Under the pieces are notes generated by a model, which was not told the origin of the DNA, did not search any database, and worked only from the letters and a program-made list of their open reading frames with translations. The position numbers and the translations under genes were made by a program. Of a stretch of DNA of 64,000 bases, positions 55,569 through 64,000 are shown piece by piece (the first letter of the stretch is position 1; each line of letters opens with the position of its first letter). Source of the stretch: Verrucomicrobiaceae bacterium (GTDB taxonomy: Bacteria; Verrucomicrobiota; Verrucomicrobiia; Verrucomicrobiales; Verrucomicrobiaceae); contig JACKQF010000005.1 of NCBI GenBank assembly GCA_024232965.1, positions 249,632 to 313,631 of the forward strand. The letters run 5' to 3'.

Positions 55569-56213
55569 TTATTTGGCCGATTTTTTCTTGGCAGGGCGAA
55601 CTACGACGTAGCTGCCTTTAGAACCAGGGATGGAACCGGAGATGAGCAGGACGCCGTCTTCTGCACGAGCCTGAACAACTTTGAGATTTTGAGTGGTGCG
55701 GCGGACGGTACCGTCGTGACCAGGCATTTTTTGGTTCTTCCAAACCAATCCCGGAGTGGAGCGGCAACCGATAGAACCAGGCCGACGGTGCATCATGTGG
55801 CCATGAGTAGCTGGCTGACCAGCGAAACCATGGCGCTTCATTACCCCTTGAAAGCCTTTGCCGCGGGTAACGCCGATCACATCGACCCACTGCCCCTCGG
55901 TGAACAACTCAGGGCCAAGAACGACATCCGCTGCAGGCATGTCCGCGTCGGACGCGAAGCGGAACTCCTTGAGGACGCGCTTACCGCCGACACCGGCCTT
56001 CTTGAAATGCCCCACCAACGGACGCGTCAGACGCGACTCCCTTTGTTCATCAAACCCGACCTGGACGGCGGAATAACCATCCTTACCAGCCTGTTGCTTC
56101 ACTTGGACCACAGCGTTACCGCTGACGTCAACGACAGTGACTGTGATGGCGTCTCCCTTGGAGTCGTACACCTTTGTCATGCCTAATTTTTTGCCAATCA
56201 ATCCGAGACTCAT
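55569..56213 (-). CDS. rplC: 50S ribosomal protein L3
   Basis: MSLGLIGKKLGMTKVYD...GVTRGKGFQG. Confidence 0.9.
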   Translation of the reverse strand: MSLGLIGKKLGMTKVYDSKGDAITVTVVDVSGNAVVQVKQQAGKDGYSAVQVGFDEQRESRLTRPLVGHFKKAGVGGKRVLKEFRFASDADMPAADVVLGPELFTEGQWVDVIGVTRGKGFQGVMKRHGFAGQPATHGHMMHRRPGSIGCRSTPGLVWKNQKMPGHDGTVRRTTQNLKVVQARAEDGVLLISGSIPGSKGSYVVVRPAKKKSAK

Positions 56214-56248
56214 TGCTTTTCTTGCTCCTGGATACGGTGTTAAAGGAA

Positions 56249-56557
56249 TTAGATGCGGATCGTGATGTCCACGCCGGAAGGAAGATTGAGCTTCTTGAGC
56301 TCATCTACCGTGCGAGAGGTAGGATCAACAATGTCCAACAACCGTTTGTGGGTGCGGATTTCGAACTGCTCTGCCGACTTCTTGTCAACGTGAGGTGAGC
56401 GGTTCACACTGAATTTTTCAATGCGGGTTGGCAGCGGGATCGGTCCGGCGACCCGGGCTCCCGTGCGCTTGGCGGTCTCCACGATATCCGCCGTGCTCTT
56501 GTCGAGCACGCGATAGTCGTAGGCCCGGAGGCGAATTCTGATGCGCTGATTAGTCAT
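56249..56557 (-). CDS. rpsJ: 30S ribosomal protein S10
   Basis: [42 protein letters not shown]. Confidence 0.9.
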   Translation of the reverse strand: MTNQRIRIRLRAYDYRVLDKSTADIVETAKRTGARVAGPIPLPTRIEKFSVNRSPHVDKKSAEQFEIRTHKRLLDIVDPTSRTVDELKKLNLPSGVDITIRI

Positions 56558-56603
56558 GGCTTTTGTCCCGCGAGGGTGATTATGATGACGGTTAGGTTAA
56601 AAG

Positions 56604-58748
56604 TTACTTAACGCCACGCTGCTCGACGATCTGCTCGACGATGTTCTGCGGGACTGGTTCGAAGTGCGAGGGCTCCATGCTATATGAGGCACGGCCCGAG
56701 GAGAGAGTGCGGATTGCGGTCGAATAACCAAACATCTCAGCAAGAGGGACCTCCGCTTTGAGAATGGCAGATGCGCCCCGGGTTTCCATACCCTGGATCT
56801 TGCCACGACGCTTGTTAAGGTCGCCCATGATATCGCCTTGGTAGTCTTCTGGTGTGGAGCACTCGACAGCCATGATTGGCTCAAGAAGCTGACACTTGGC
56901 CTTCTTCAGTGCATCCTTGACTGCGAAGATGGCGGCCATTTTGAACGCGTTTTCATTTGAGTCCACTTCATGGCTGGACCCATCCAGGAGATCGATGTGC
57001 ACATCAATGACCGGATATCCAGCAATGATGCCGTTGATTACAGCCTCCATACAACCAGCCTTACAGGCGTTGATGTATTCCTTTGGAATCGTACCACCAA
57101 CAACCTTGTTTTCAACGGTGACACCCTTACCACGCTCGTTTGGAGCGATTTTAAGGATCACGTGGCCATACTGACCGCGACCACCGGACTGCTTGACCAA
57201 CTTCCCTTCGCCATCAGCTTCCTTGGTGAGAGTCTCACGATAAGCGATCTGCGGTTTGCCGGTGTTGGTTTCAACCTTGTGCTCGCGCTTGAGACGATCG
57301 CAAAGGATTTCGAGGTGCAGTTCACCCATGCCAGCAATGATAGTCTGGCCGGTCTCTTCGTCGGTGCGAACGAAGAAGGTCGGGTCTTCCTCGGAGAGGC
57401 GCTGAAGAGCGTTACCCATTTTCTCCTGGTCACCCTTGGTCTTCGGCTCAACAGCCATCGAGATAACAGGCTCAGGGAAGGTCGGCGGCTCTAGGAGGAT
57501 GTCGAAATCCTCGTCACAGAAGGTGTCGCCAGTACGGACATCCTTAACACCGACAAGGGCAGCGATGTCACCGGAGTAACAGGCGTCAATATCCTTGTGC
57601 ACAGCGGCCTGGATCTGAATCAATCGACCAACGCGCTCAGATTTACGTGTGCGCGGGTTGTAAATCGTATCACCCTTTTTGACGCAACCCGAGTAGACCC
57701 GGAAGAACACCAAGCGCCCAAACTTATCGGACCAAAGCTTGAATCCCAGCGCACAGAATTTGCCGGCATCATCAGGAGAAGCCAAGACCTTTACGTTAGG
57801 ATCATCTGCGGACACACCCTCTTGCGGTTCAATGTCGAGAGGGCCCGGAAGATAATCAATGACGGCATCAATGAGATATTGAACCCCCTTATTCTTAAAG
57901 GCAGAACCGCCAGCGATAGGAATGATCTTATTGGCGATAACAGCACGACGAAGAGCTTCCTTGACATCACGGATCGAGATGGGCTTTTCCTCAAGGAACA
58001 TCATGCCCATTTCGTCATCCACGTCACAAATGGCTGCGACAAGATTGTCGTAGGCTTCCTTGCCTTTCTCGATTTCGGCTCCCTCAAGCTCGCGAACGAC
58101 GTACTTTGAACCGAACTTGTCATCGTCGGAGTAAATAATGGCCTTCTGGTTAACCACGTCGATCTGCCCGATAAGGTTATCCTCAGCGCCGATGGGAATG
58201 AGAATAGGCCAGGCGTTTGCGCCCAACTTGTTGCGAACATCAGCAACGACGTTGTCGAAGTTCGCGCCCGTGCGGTCCATCTTATTGACGAACGCGATAC
58301 GTGGAACACGATATTTTTCAGCCTGACGGTAAACGGTCTCAGACTGCGGCTGAACACCAGCCACACCACAAAGCACGAAGATCGCACCATCAAGGACGCG
58401 CAGGGAACGCTCAACCTCAGCAGTGAAGTCAACGTGACCAGGGGTATCAATGATATTGACGCGAATGTCTTCGTTTTCACGAAGTTTGAAGATACCCTCT
58501 TCTTTCAGTTGCTTCCAGGATGCCGTAACAGCGGCGGAAGTGATGGTAATACCACGCTCCTGCTCTTGCTCCATCCAGTCGGTCGTGGCAGCACCTTCGT
58601 GCACCTCGCCGATTTTGTGAATCATGCCGGTGTAGAAAAGCACGCGCTCCGTGAGCGTCGTCTTGCCCGCGTCAATGTGGGCACAAATCCCGATATTACG
58701 GGTGCGCTCCAGAGGGTATTGGCGATTTGGGGAATTGGGGTTGGACAT
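56604..58748 (-). CDS. fusA: Elongation factor G
   Basis: NIGICAHIDAGKTTLTERVL...DTPGHVDF...NKMDR. 714 aa. Confidence 0.95.
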   Translation of the reverse strand: MSNPNSPNRQYPLERTRNIGICAHIDAGKTTLTERVLFYTGMIHKIGEVHEGAATTDWMEQEQERGITITSAAVTASWKQLKEEGIFKLRENEDIRVNIIDTPGHVDFTAEVERSLRVLDGAIFVLCGVAGVQPQSETVYRQAEKYRVPRIAFVNKMDRTGANFDNVVADVRNKLGANAWPILIPIGAEDNLIGQIDVVNQKAIIYSDDDKFGSKYVVRELEGAEIEKGKEAYDNLVAAICDVDDEMGMMFLEEKPISIRDVKEALRRAVIANKIIPIAGGSAFKNKGVQYLIDAVIDYLPGPLDIEPQEGVSADDPNVKVLASPDDAGKFCALGFKLWSDKFGRLVFFRVYSGCVKKGDTIYNPRTRKSERVGRLIQIQAAVHKDIDACYSGDIAALVGVKDVRTGDTFCDEDFDILLEPPTFPEPVISMAVEPKTKGDQEKMGNALQRLSEEDPTFFVRTDEETGQTIIAGMGELHLEILCDRLKREHKVETNTGKPQIAYRETLTKEADGEGKLVKQSGGRGQYGHVILKIAPNERGKGVTVENKVVGGTIPKEYINACKAGCMEAVINGIIAGYPVIDVHIDLLDGSSHEVDSNENAFKMAAIFAVKDALKKAKCQLLEPIMAVECSTPEDYQGDIMGDLNKRRGKIQGMETRGASAILKAEVPLAEMFGYSTAIRTLSSGRASYSMEPSHFEPVPQNIVEQIVEQRGVK

Positions 58749-58796
58749 GGGAACTTTGAAGAAACTTAAAAGGGAATCCGAAGAAGGAGGAAAAGA

Positions 58797-59270
58797 CTAC
58801 CAGCGGAAGTGAGCGAAGGCGCGGTTTGCCTGAGCCTGCTTGTGAACGTCATCACGCTTGCGGACCGCAGCACCTTGACCAGTCGCCGCATCCTTGAGCT
58901 CGTTAGCGAGAGCGCGATGCATCGGCACACCCTTGCGACCACGAGCGTAACCAACGATCCAGCGCATCGCCAGGGACTCCGAGCGAGCAGGAGCAACTTC
59001 AAGCGGCACTTGATAAGTTGCACCACCAACGCGGCGAGCCTTCACTTCAACGCGAGGCTTGGCGTTTTCGATGGCGCGAGTAACGAGCTCAAGCGGATCA
59101 ACGGCCTCAGATTTCTCATTGAGGGTCTCAATCGCCGAATAGACGATGCGCTCCGCGAGCGACTTCTTCCCGCTCTGCATGACGCGGTTGATGAGATGCC
59201 CAACGATATCACTATCATAGCGCTGATCTTTATTGACGGGCTTGTCGTAGACTCTTTTCCGGCGGGCCAT
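58797..59270 (-). CDS. rpsG: 30S ribosomal protein S7
   Basis: MARRKRVYDKPVNKDQRYDSDIVGHLINRVMQSGKKSLAERIVY. Confidence 0.9.
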   Translation of the reverse strand: MARRKRVYDKPVNKDQRYDSDIVGHLINRVMQSGKKSLAERIVYSAIETLNEKSEAVDPLELVTRAIENAKPRVEVKARRVGGATYQVPLEVAPARSESLAMRWIVGYARGRKGVPMHRALANELKDAATGQGAAVRKRDDVHKQAQANRAFAHFRW

Positions 59271-59336
59271 ATGCTTGGGATGAAAAGGGGTGTGTAATCG
59301 GGGAGAAAGCGGGCCGCGAAACCGCGACCCATTAAA

Positions 59337-59750
59337 TTATTTCTTGCCTTTGCCTTTGACTGGCGCTGCTGCTGCACCTGGCTTTGGACGTTTTGCGCCG
59401 TATTTGGAGCGACCACGACGGCGCTTGTCGATACCCTGGCAATCAAGCGTTCCGCGAACAATGTGATAGCGAACACCCGGAAGATCCTTCACACGACCGC
59501 CACGAACCAGAACGATGGAGTGCTCTTGAAGGTTGTGACCCTCACCGCCGATATAGGCGATCACTTCGAACCCGTTTGTGAGACGAACCTTTGCAACCTT
59601 ACGCAAAGCGGAGTTCGGCTTCTTCGGCGTGCGGGTCATCACCTGCAGGCAGACGCCGCGGCGCTGAGGGCACTTGTCCAAAGCGGGTGACTTGGACTTG
59701 ACCGCTTTCTCTTTGCGGCCGTGTCTGACGAGTTGATTGATGGTGGGCAT
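59337..59750 (-). CDS. rpsL: 30S ribosomal protein S12 with a Lys/Gly/Ala-rich C-terminal extension
   Basis: [15 protein letters not shown]...[22 protein letters not shown]. Tail [18 protein letters not shown]. 137 aa versus about 124 typical. Confidence 0.9.
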   Translation of the reverse strand: MPTINQLVRHGRKEKAVKSKSPALDKCPQRRGVCLQVMTRTPKKPNSALRKVAKVRLTNGFEVIAYIGGEGHNLQEHSIVLVRGGRVKDLPGVRYHIVRGTLDCQGIDKRRRGRSKYGAKRPKPGAAAAPVKGKGKK

Positions 59751-60044
59751 GGTATAAAAGCTATTTCCGTTTAGTAACCATCGGTGTTAGTGACCGGGGG
59801 AGACGGAGTGCCTTCCACTCTGTTATTGAGTGGCCATGCACAGTCTTTTCCGGTAACTGCACCGATAAAAAGGAGCCGCTATCGAGGCGGACCTTTCTCC
59901 GACACCTGATGAGGTGGCCGGGAGTTTGGGAGCGCGCACAATGCAGTGTCTGGCAAGCGGCGCAAGGTTTTTTTCATTTAATTTTGTTTTTTCTCTCCGA
60001 AAAAGGGATTTTTTTCTGAGTCACCAGAGTTTTCGTCAAGGCTA

Positions 60045-61565
60045 TTATTCCAACTCGATGCTGGCTGGCGGTTTTGTCGAGATATCGTAAAACACACGAT
60101 TGATTCCGCTGACACTATTGAGAATGCGATTCGAGGCGGCACGCAAAACGTCGTATGGAAGCTCTACCCAGTCTGCGGTCATTGCATCTTCACTAATGAC
60201 TGCCCGAAGGGCGATCGCCTGCTCGTAGGAGCGCTCATCGCCCTTCACTCCGACTGTTTTGACGGGAAGCAGAGCTGCGTATGCCTGCCAGACCCGGTCA
60301 TACCATCCGCTACGACGCAGTTCACCGATGAAGATAGCATCTGCCTGACGCACGATCTCCAGTTTCTCCGGCGTAATATCGCCGGGCACACGGACCGCGA
60401 GACCTGGACCCGGGAATGGATGACGCCAAAGAGCATGGTGCGGGATCCCGAGCGTTGCGCCCAGGGCGCGAACTTCATCTTTAAATAGTTCGGCGAGAGG
60501 CTCGAGGACTTTTCCCTCTTTTTGCAACTCCAGAATTCGATCCACGCGATTGTGGTGCGTTTTGATCTTGGAGGCAATAGATCCGCTGGAGGCACTTTCG
60601 ATGACGTCTGGATAGAGCGTGCCCTGCGCGAGCAGTTCCACCTTGTCTGCCACCCCCCAGAACAGATCGACGAACAGATCGCCAATGATCTTGCGCTTCT
60701 GCTCAGGATCGGTCACACCTGCCAACTGGCCGAGAAAACGCTCGGAAGCGTCAATCATCTCGATGGGGACCCCGACTGCTTCAAATTGAGTTTTGACCTC
60801 GGCGGACTCTTCCAGACGCATGAGCCCAGTATCGATAAAGATGCAGCGAACCTTCACTCCCGCGCTATGAAGAAGAACGGCAAGGACCGTTGAGTCGACT
60901 CCACCGGAGACGCCACAAACAACTTCACGTCCGCCGACCTTCTCGCGAATGGACTGCAGCATTTGATCCTTGAAGACGGCAATGTCGAAACGCGCGAGTT
61001 TGGCACCACTTCCGACCAGGAAATTTTTCAGGATGCGGCTACCCTCGTGAGAATGCGTCACTTCGGGGTGAAACTGAATGCCCCAGCAGCGCTCCGTCCA
61101 GCGGAGAGCAATGGGCACCGCATCCTCGTTGGTTGCAATCACTTCGGTGCCCTCCGGGAGATCGGAAACAGTGTCGGAGTGACTCATCCAAATCTGGGAC
61201 TCATGTGGAAGTCCATCAAAGAGCACCTTTGCCTCCTTCACGACCAATCGAGCGGGGCCGTACTCGCGCGTGACACCAGGCTTCACGGAACCGCCATGCT
61301 TGATGTTTAGCAACTGCATGCCGTAGCAGACACCCAGAATAGGGACGTCGAAGCTCTTGAGTTTTTCAAAATCTACGTCTGGAGCATCCACCTCTGAAGT
61401 GCTGCGGGGCCCACCAGAAAGGATAATGGCTCCGGGATTTGTTAGGTTGGCAAGGTGCTGAGGCGGATACAGATGAGCCAGAAAACCCAGCTCGCGGACG
61501 CGACGGACAATCAACTGACTGTATTGGGAACCGTAATCGAGTACGGCGACTTCGTTATCGTTCAT
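60045..61565 (-). CDS. guaA: GMP synthase (glutamine-hydrolysing)
   Basis: VAVLDYGSQYSQLIVRRVRELG (GATase)...SGGVDSTV (PP-loop)...C-terminal dimerisation domain. Start set at MNDNEV (internal Met of a longer ORF). Confidence 0.9.
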   Translation of the reverse strand: MNDNEVAVLDYGSQYSQLIVRRVRELGFLAHLYPPQHLANLTNPGAIILSGGPRSTSEVDAPDVDFEKLKSFDVPILGVCYGMQLLNIKHGGSVKPGVTREYGPARLVVKEAKVLFDGLPHESQIWMSHSDTVSDLPEGTEVIATNEDAVPIALRWTERCWGIQFHPEVTHSHEGSRILKNFLVGSGAKLARFDIAVFKDQMLQSIREKVGGREVVCGVSGGVDSTVLAVLLHSAGVKVRCIFIDTGLMRLEESAEVKTQFEAVGVPIEMIDASERFLGQLAGVTDPEQKRKIIGDLFVDLFWGVADKVELLAQGTLYPDVIESASSGSIASKIKTHHNRVDRILELQKEGKVLEPLAELFKDEVRALGATLGIPHHALWRHPFPGPGLAVRVPGDITPEKLEIVRQADAIFIGELRRSGWYDRVWQAYAALLPVKTVGVKGDERSYEQAIALRAVISEDAMTADWVELPYDVLRAASNRILNSVSGINRVFYDISTKPPASIELE

Positions 61566-61651
61566 GAGTGGACAGAGAGGGGGGATTTTTGGGGAGTCGC
61601 AGTGGAACGCATGTTTGCCTCCAGTCAAGAGCGACCCCGCACGGGGAGCGA

Positions 61652-63112
61652 CTAGCTAGGCTCGTAGTTCACCGGTTCTTCAGTGATGACGACATCGTGA
61701 GGGTGGCTCTCCTTGAGCCCGCCCGCCGTAATTCTGACAAACCGCGCCTTTTCACGCAGTTCCTTCAAATTTGCGGCCCCAACGTAGCCCATCCCCGAAC
61801 GAAGACCACCCATGAGCTGGAAAATCACATCCGCCAGAGGCCCCTTGAAGGGAACCCGGGCCTCAACGCCTTCAGGGACTAGTTTGCCTGAGGAGTTTTG
61901 ACCGTATCGGTCCCCTGCCCCGCGGCGCATCGCCTTCAGGCTGCCCATTCCACGGTATTCCTTGAACGTGCGACCCTGGGATTTCACCATATTGCCAGGG
62001 CTCTCGGATGTACCCGCCAAAAGTGAGCCGAGCATCACAAAATCTGCACCAGCCGCAAGTGCCTTCACGATATCTCCCGAGTACCGGATGCCGCCATCTG
62101 CGATCACCGTCACGCCTTTGTCCCTGCACACAGAGGCAACCTCTTGCACCGCGCTGAATTGCGCCATGCCGACACCAGAGATGATTCGAGTGGTACAAAT
62201 AGAACCTGGCCCGACACCGACCTTGATGGCGCTGGCACCGGCATTGACCAGATCCTCCGCACCGTCCCTGGTGACGACGTTACCAGCCACGATGGGCATC
62301 TTGTCCCCAAGCGCTGCACGCAGCCGCGAAATGACGTCAAAGACGCGGGTCGTGTGGCCCGTCGCGGCGTCAATGAAGACGGCATCCGCCCCGGCGGCCT
62401 GGATCGCCAAGGCCCGCTCCACGCAATCATCGCCCACGCCGACAGCGGCGCCCACACGGAGCTGACCATTCGCATCCTTAGCAGCGCAGGTAAACATCTG
62501 CCGCTTCACAATATCCTGCTTGGTAATCAGTCCGGCCAACCTTCCGTCCGCATCAACTAGGGGCAGTTTTTCAATTCTGTTGGTATAAAGAATCTTCAGA
62601 GCCTCCTCCATGCTCGTCTCCGGAGTGGCAGTGGTCAGACGTTCTTTGGGCGTCATGATCTCCGAAACGGGCGTGGTGTCGTCCTCGATGTACCACATAT
62701 CCCGGCTGGTCACCATTCCGACCAAGCGGCCTTGATCATCCACCACCGGGAAGCCACTGACGCCCTTTTCCCCCATCAGCCGAGTCAATTCGGCGAGGCG
62801 AGTCTCAGCGGTAACGGTGAGAGGACTCTGGATAACGGTATTCTCGGACCGCTTCACTTTTGCGACCTGCTCCACCTGGATGGCAATTGGGGAATTGCGG
62901 TGAATGACCCCCAGACCACCTTCGCGAGCCAGCGCGATGGCGAGTTCGGCCTCAGTGACGGTGTCCATCGCAGAGGACAGAACCGGAATGTTCAAGTGAA
63001 TCGAGCCGCCCAGGATCGTGTCCAGTGCAGCATCCGCCGGCAAAACCTGACTCCTGCCAGGCAGAACCAAAACGTCATCAAAGCTAAGAGCTAGAGAAGG
63101 TGTATCGCCCAT
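61652..63112 (-). CDS. guaB: IMP dehydrogenase
   Basis: Tandem CBS domains inside a TIM barrel. Catalytic loop GVGPGSICTTR. GGIRYSGDIVKALAAGADFVMLGS. Confidence 0.9.
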   Translation of the reverse strand: MGDTPSLALSFDDVLVLPGRSQVLPADAALDTILGGSIHLNIPVLSSAMDTVTEAELAIALAREGGLGVIHRNSPIAIQVEQVAKVKRSENTVIQSPLTVTAETRLAELTRLMGEKGVSGFPVVDDQGRLVGMVTSRDMWYIEDDTTPVSEIMTPKERLTTATPETSMEEALKILYTNRIEKLPLVDADGRLAGLITKQDIVKRQMFTCAAKDANGQLRVGAAVGVGDDCVERALAIQAAGADAVFIDAATGHTTRVFDVISRLRAALGDKMPIVAGNVVTRDGAEDLVNAGASAIKVGVGPGSICTTRIISGVGMAQFSAVQEVASVCRDKGVTVIADGGIRYSGDIVKALAAGADFVMLGSLLAGTSESPGNMVKSQGRTFKEYRGMGSLKAMRRGAGDRYGQNSSGKLVPEGVEARVPFKGPLADVIFQLMGGLRSGMGYVGAANLKELREKARFVRITAGGLKESHPHDVVITEEPVNYEPS

Positions 63113-63195
63113 GTTCCATTAAAGCGCGGACAAGACGCCTGTCATCTGAAAAGATAAAAGACATCACGTACCCTTCCCGGGCCAAGTCCATCGAA

Positions 63196-63927
63196 TCACT
63201 GGTCTGGACGATAGACCCGAGACTTGGCCGTGTACGGATCGATCTGAATGCAGTAAAAATTCTTCAAATCGCCACTTCCCCCGGCTTCCCTTGCATCGGC
63301 CACAGTGAAGTAGCTCTCTGGGAGATTCGGCGGCACCACACCAGCTTCCACAGAACCGCCATTTGCAGCAGTTTTGGGCGTTTTGACACTCCCGTCGGGG
63401 TAAAAGCGGATCGCGGAATAATCCGCATCTGCCCGTGTAAAGAGGTTCTGCCCCTCTTTGAACTGCGACTGCAAAAGAGGCGAGTACTGCTTATTCTTCA
63501 TCACGACGATTCCCGAGTCCATTACAACAGGGTCGGCGACCGCTTCAACCTGAGCATAATCTGTATTTGAACCCGTAGACAAGGTGCGCTGCCCTACCTT
63601 TCCCAGCCGAACCACTTGGTAAGCATGATAGTTCTGTTCAACATCAGCGTTTCTACTTCCGCCGTTTTCTTCCCATGTATAAAAACGCAGTTCGACGGGC
63701 AGGTTGCTGGCAATTGCCTCTTGTTGCGCCATGTTCACGGCATTGACAATCGCGTCACCGGTGGAGGTCATTTGCGTCGAGCGGATCACCCCAATAAACG
63801 CTGGCGTTACGATCGCTATCATCATCGCCATGATGGCCAGCACCACCAACATCTCAATCAGCGTGAATCCTCTGCGGAAAGCGCCAACTGCGCGCTCCTG
63901 AATTGGCGTCTCTGTGATTAGTCTCAT
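63196..63927 (-). CDS. Pseudopilin / type IV pilin-like protein (second copy in the window)
   Basis: FRRGFTLIEMLVVLAIMAMMIAIV prepilin signature. Same unusual 'RRG|FTLIE' leader as the 24451 gene. Confidence 0.7.
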   Translation of the reverse strand: MRLITETPIQERAVGAFRRGFTLIEMLVVLAIMAMMIAIVTPAFIGVIRSTQMTSTGDAIVNAVNMAQQEAIASNLPVELRFYTWEENGGSRNADVEQNYHAYQVVRLGKVGQRTLSTGSNTDYAQVEAVADPVVMDSGIVVMKNKQYSPLLQSQFKEGQNLFTRADADYSAIRFYPDGSVKTPKTAANGGSVEAGVVPPNLPESYFTVADAREAGGSGDLKNFYCIQIDPYTAKSRVYRPDQ

Positions 63928-64000
63928 AACAAAAAGGAAATAATTATACTAACTGAAAAGTGTTACATGCCCCACTTCGACCCCAACAATGGGATCGTCG

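Noticed and set aside
59751-60044. 295-nt region between guaA and rpsL checked for a riboswitch, leader or ncRNA
   Set aside because: It contains an A/T-rich stretch and a poly-T run consistent with a guaA terminator plus the rpsL promoter. No conserved riboswitch-like structure could be recognised by eye.
1-64000. Search for CRISPR arrays, IS elements/transposases, integrases and phage genes
   Set aside because: No regularly spaced direct repeats, no transposase or integrase-like ORFs and no phage structural genes were seen. The accessory character comes from secreted or surface proteins and the TA pair only.

Overview
This 64-kb window is high-GC bacterial chromosome. Several features point to Verrucomicrobia or Planctomycetes: PSD1-type DUF1549/DUF1553 'planctomycete cytochrome c' proteins, GspE/GspF/pseudopilin genes, and lysine/arginine-rich tails on ribosomal proteins. 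No CRISPR array, IS element, integrase or prophage was seen.

The 3' third (about 44-63 kb, minus strand) is conserved core: pseudopilin, guaB, guaA, rpsL, rpsG, fusA, the S10-spc ribosomal operon, secY, map and a HIS6-type hisA. That operon has an unexpected secreted coiled-coil gene inserted between rpsS and rplV, and it lacks tuf, rpsN and rpmD.

The 5' two-thirds are accessory-like. Listed in order:
- a VapBC toxin-antitoxin pair
- two translationally coupled, paralogous secreted proteins
- a neutral-ceramidase-like exoenzyme
- nrdR and a HIT-family gene
- a TPR protein
- a DUF1080 hydrolase
- a double-PPC-domain secreted protein followed by a 970-aa PSD1 protein
- an acyl-CoA-synthetase-like enzyme with a 230-aa N-terminal extension
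- a rhodanese-YceI fusion
- a type II secretion / type IV pilus-like cluster with two tandem GspE-type ATPases, a GspF carrying a lysine/alanine-rich insertion, and a pseudopilin
- three tRNAs (Leu-CAG, CAT-anticodon Met/Ile2-like, Phe-GAA) around ubiE and a HAD hydrolase
- a second DUF1549/DUF1553 protein with a ThuA-like partner
- M20 peptidase and SDR genes

The most intriguing locus is at 30.2-38.1 kb. It is a tight co-directional module of an NfeD-like membrane protein, a 696-aa flotillin/SPFH protein, and a 1660-aa giant protein. The giant protein's only recognisable domain is a C-terminal MoxR/AAA_5-like AAA+ ATPase. I could not assign this architecture to any described system.

Many long antisense 'shadow' ORFs in the six-frame track are compositional artefacts and were not called.
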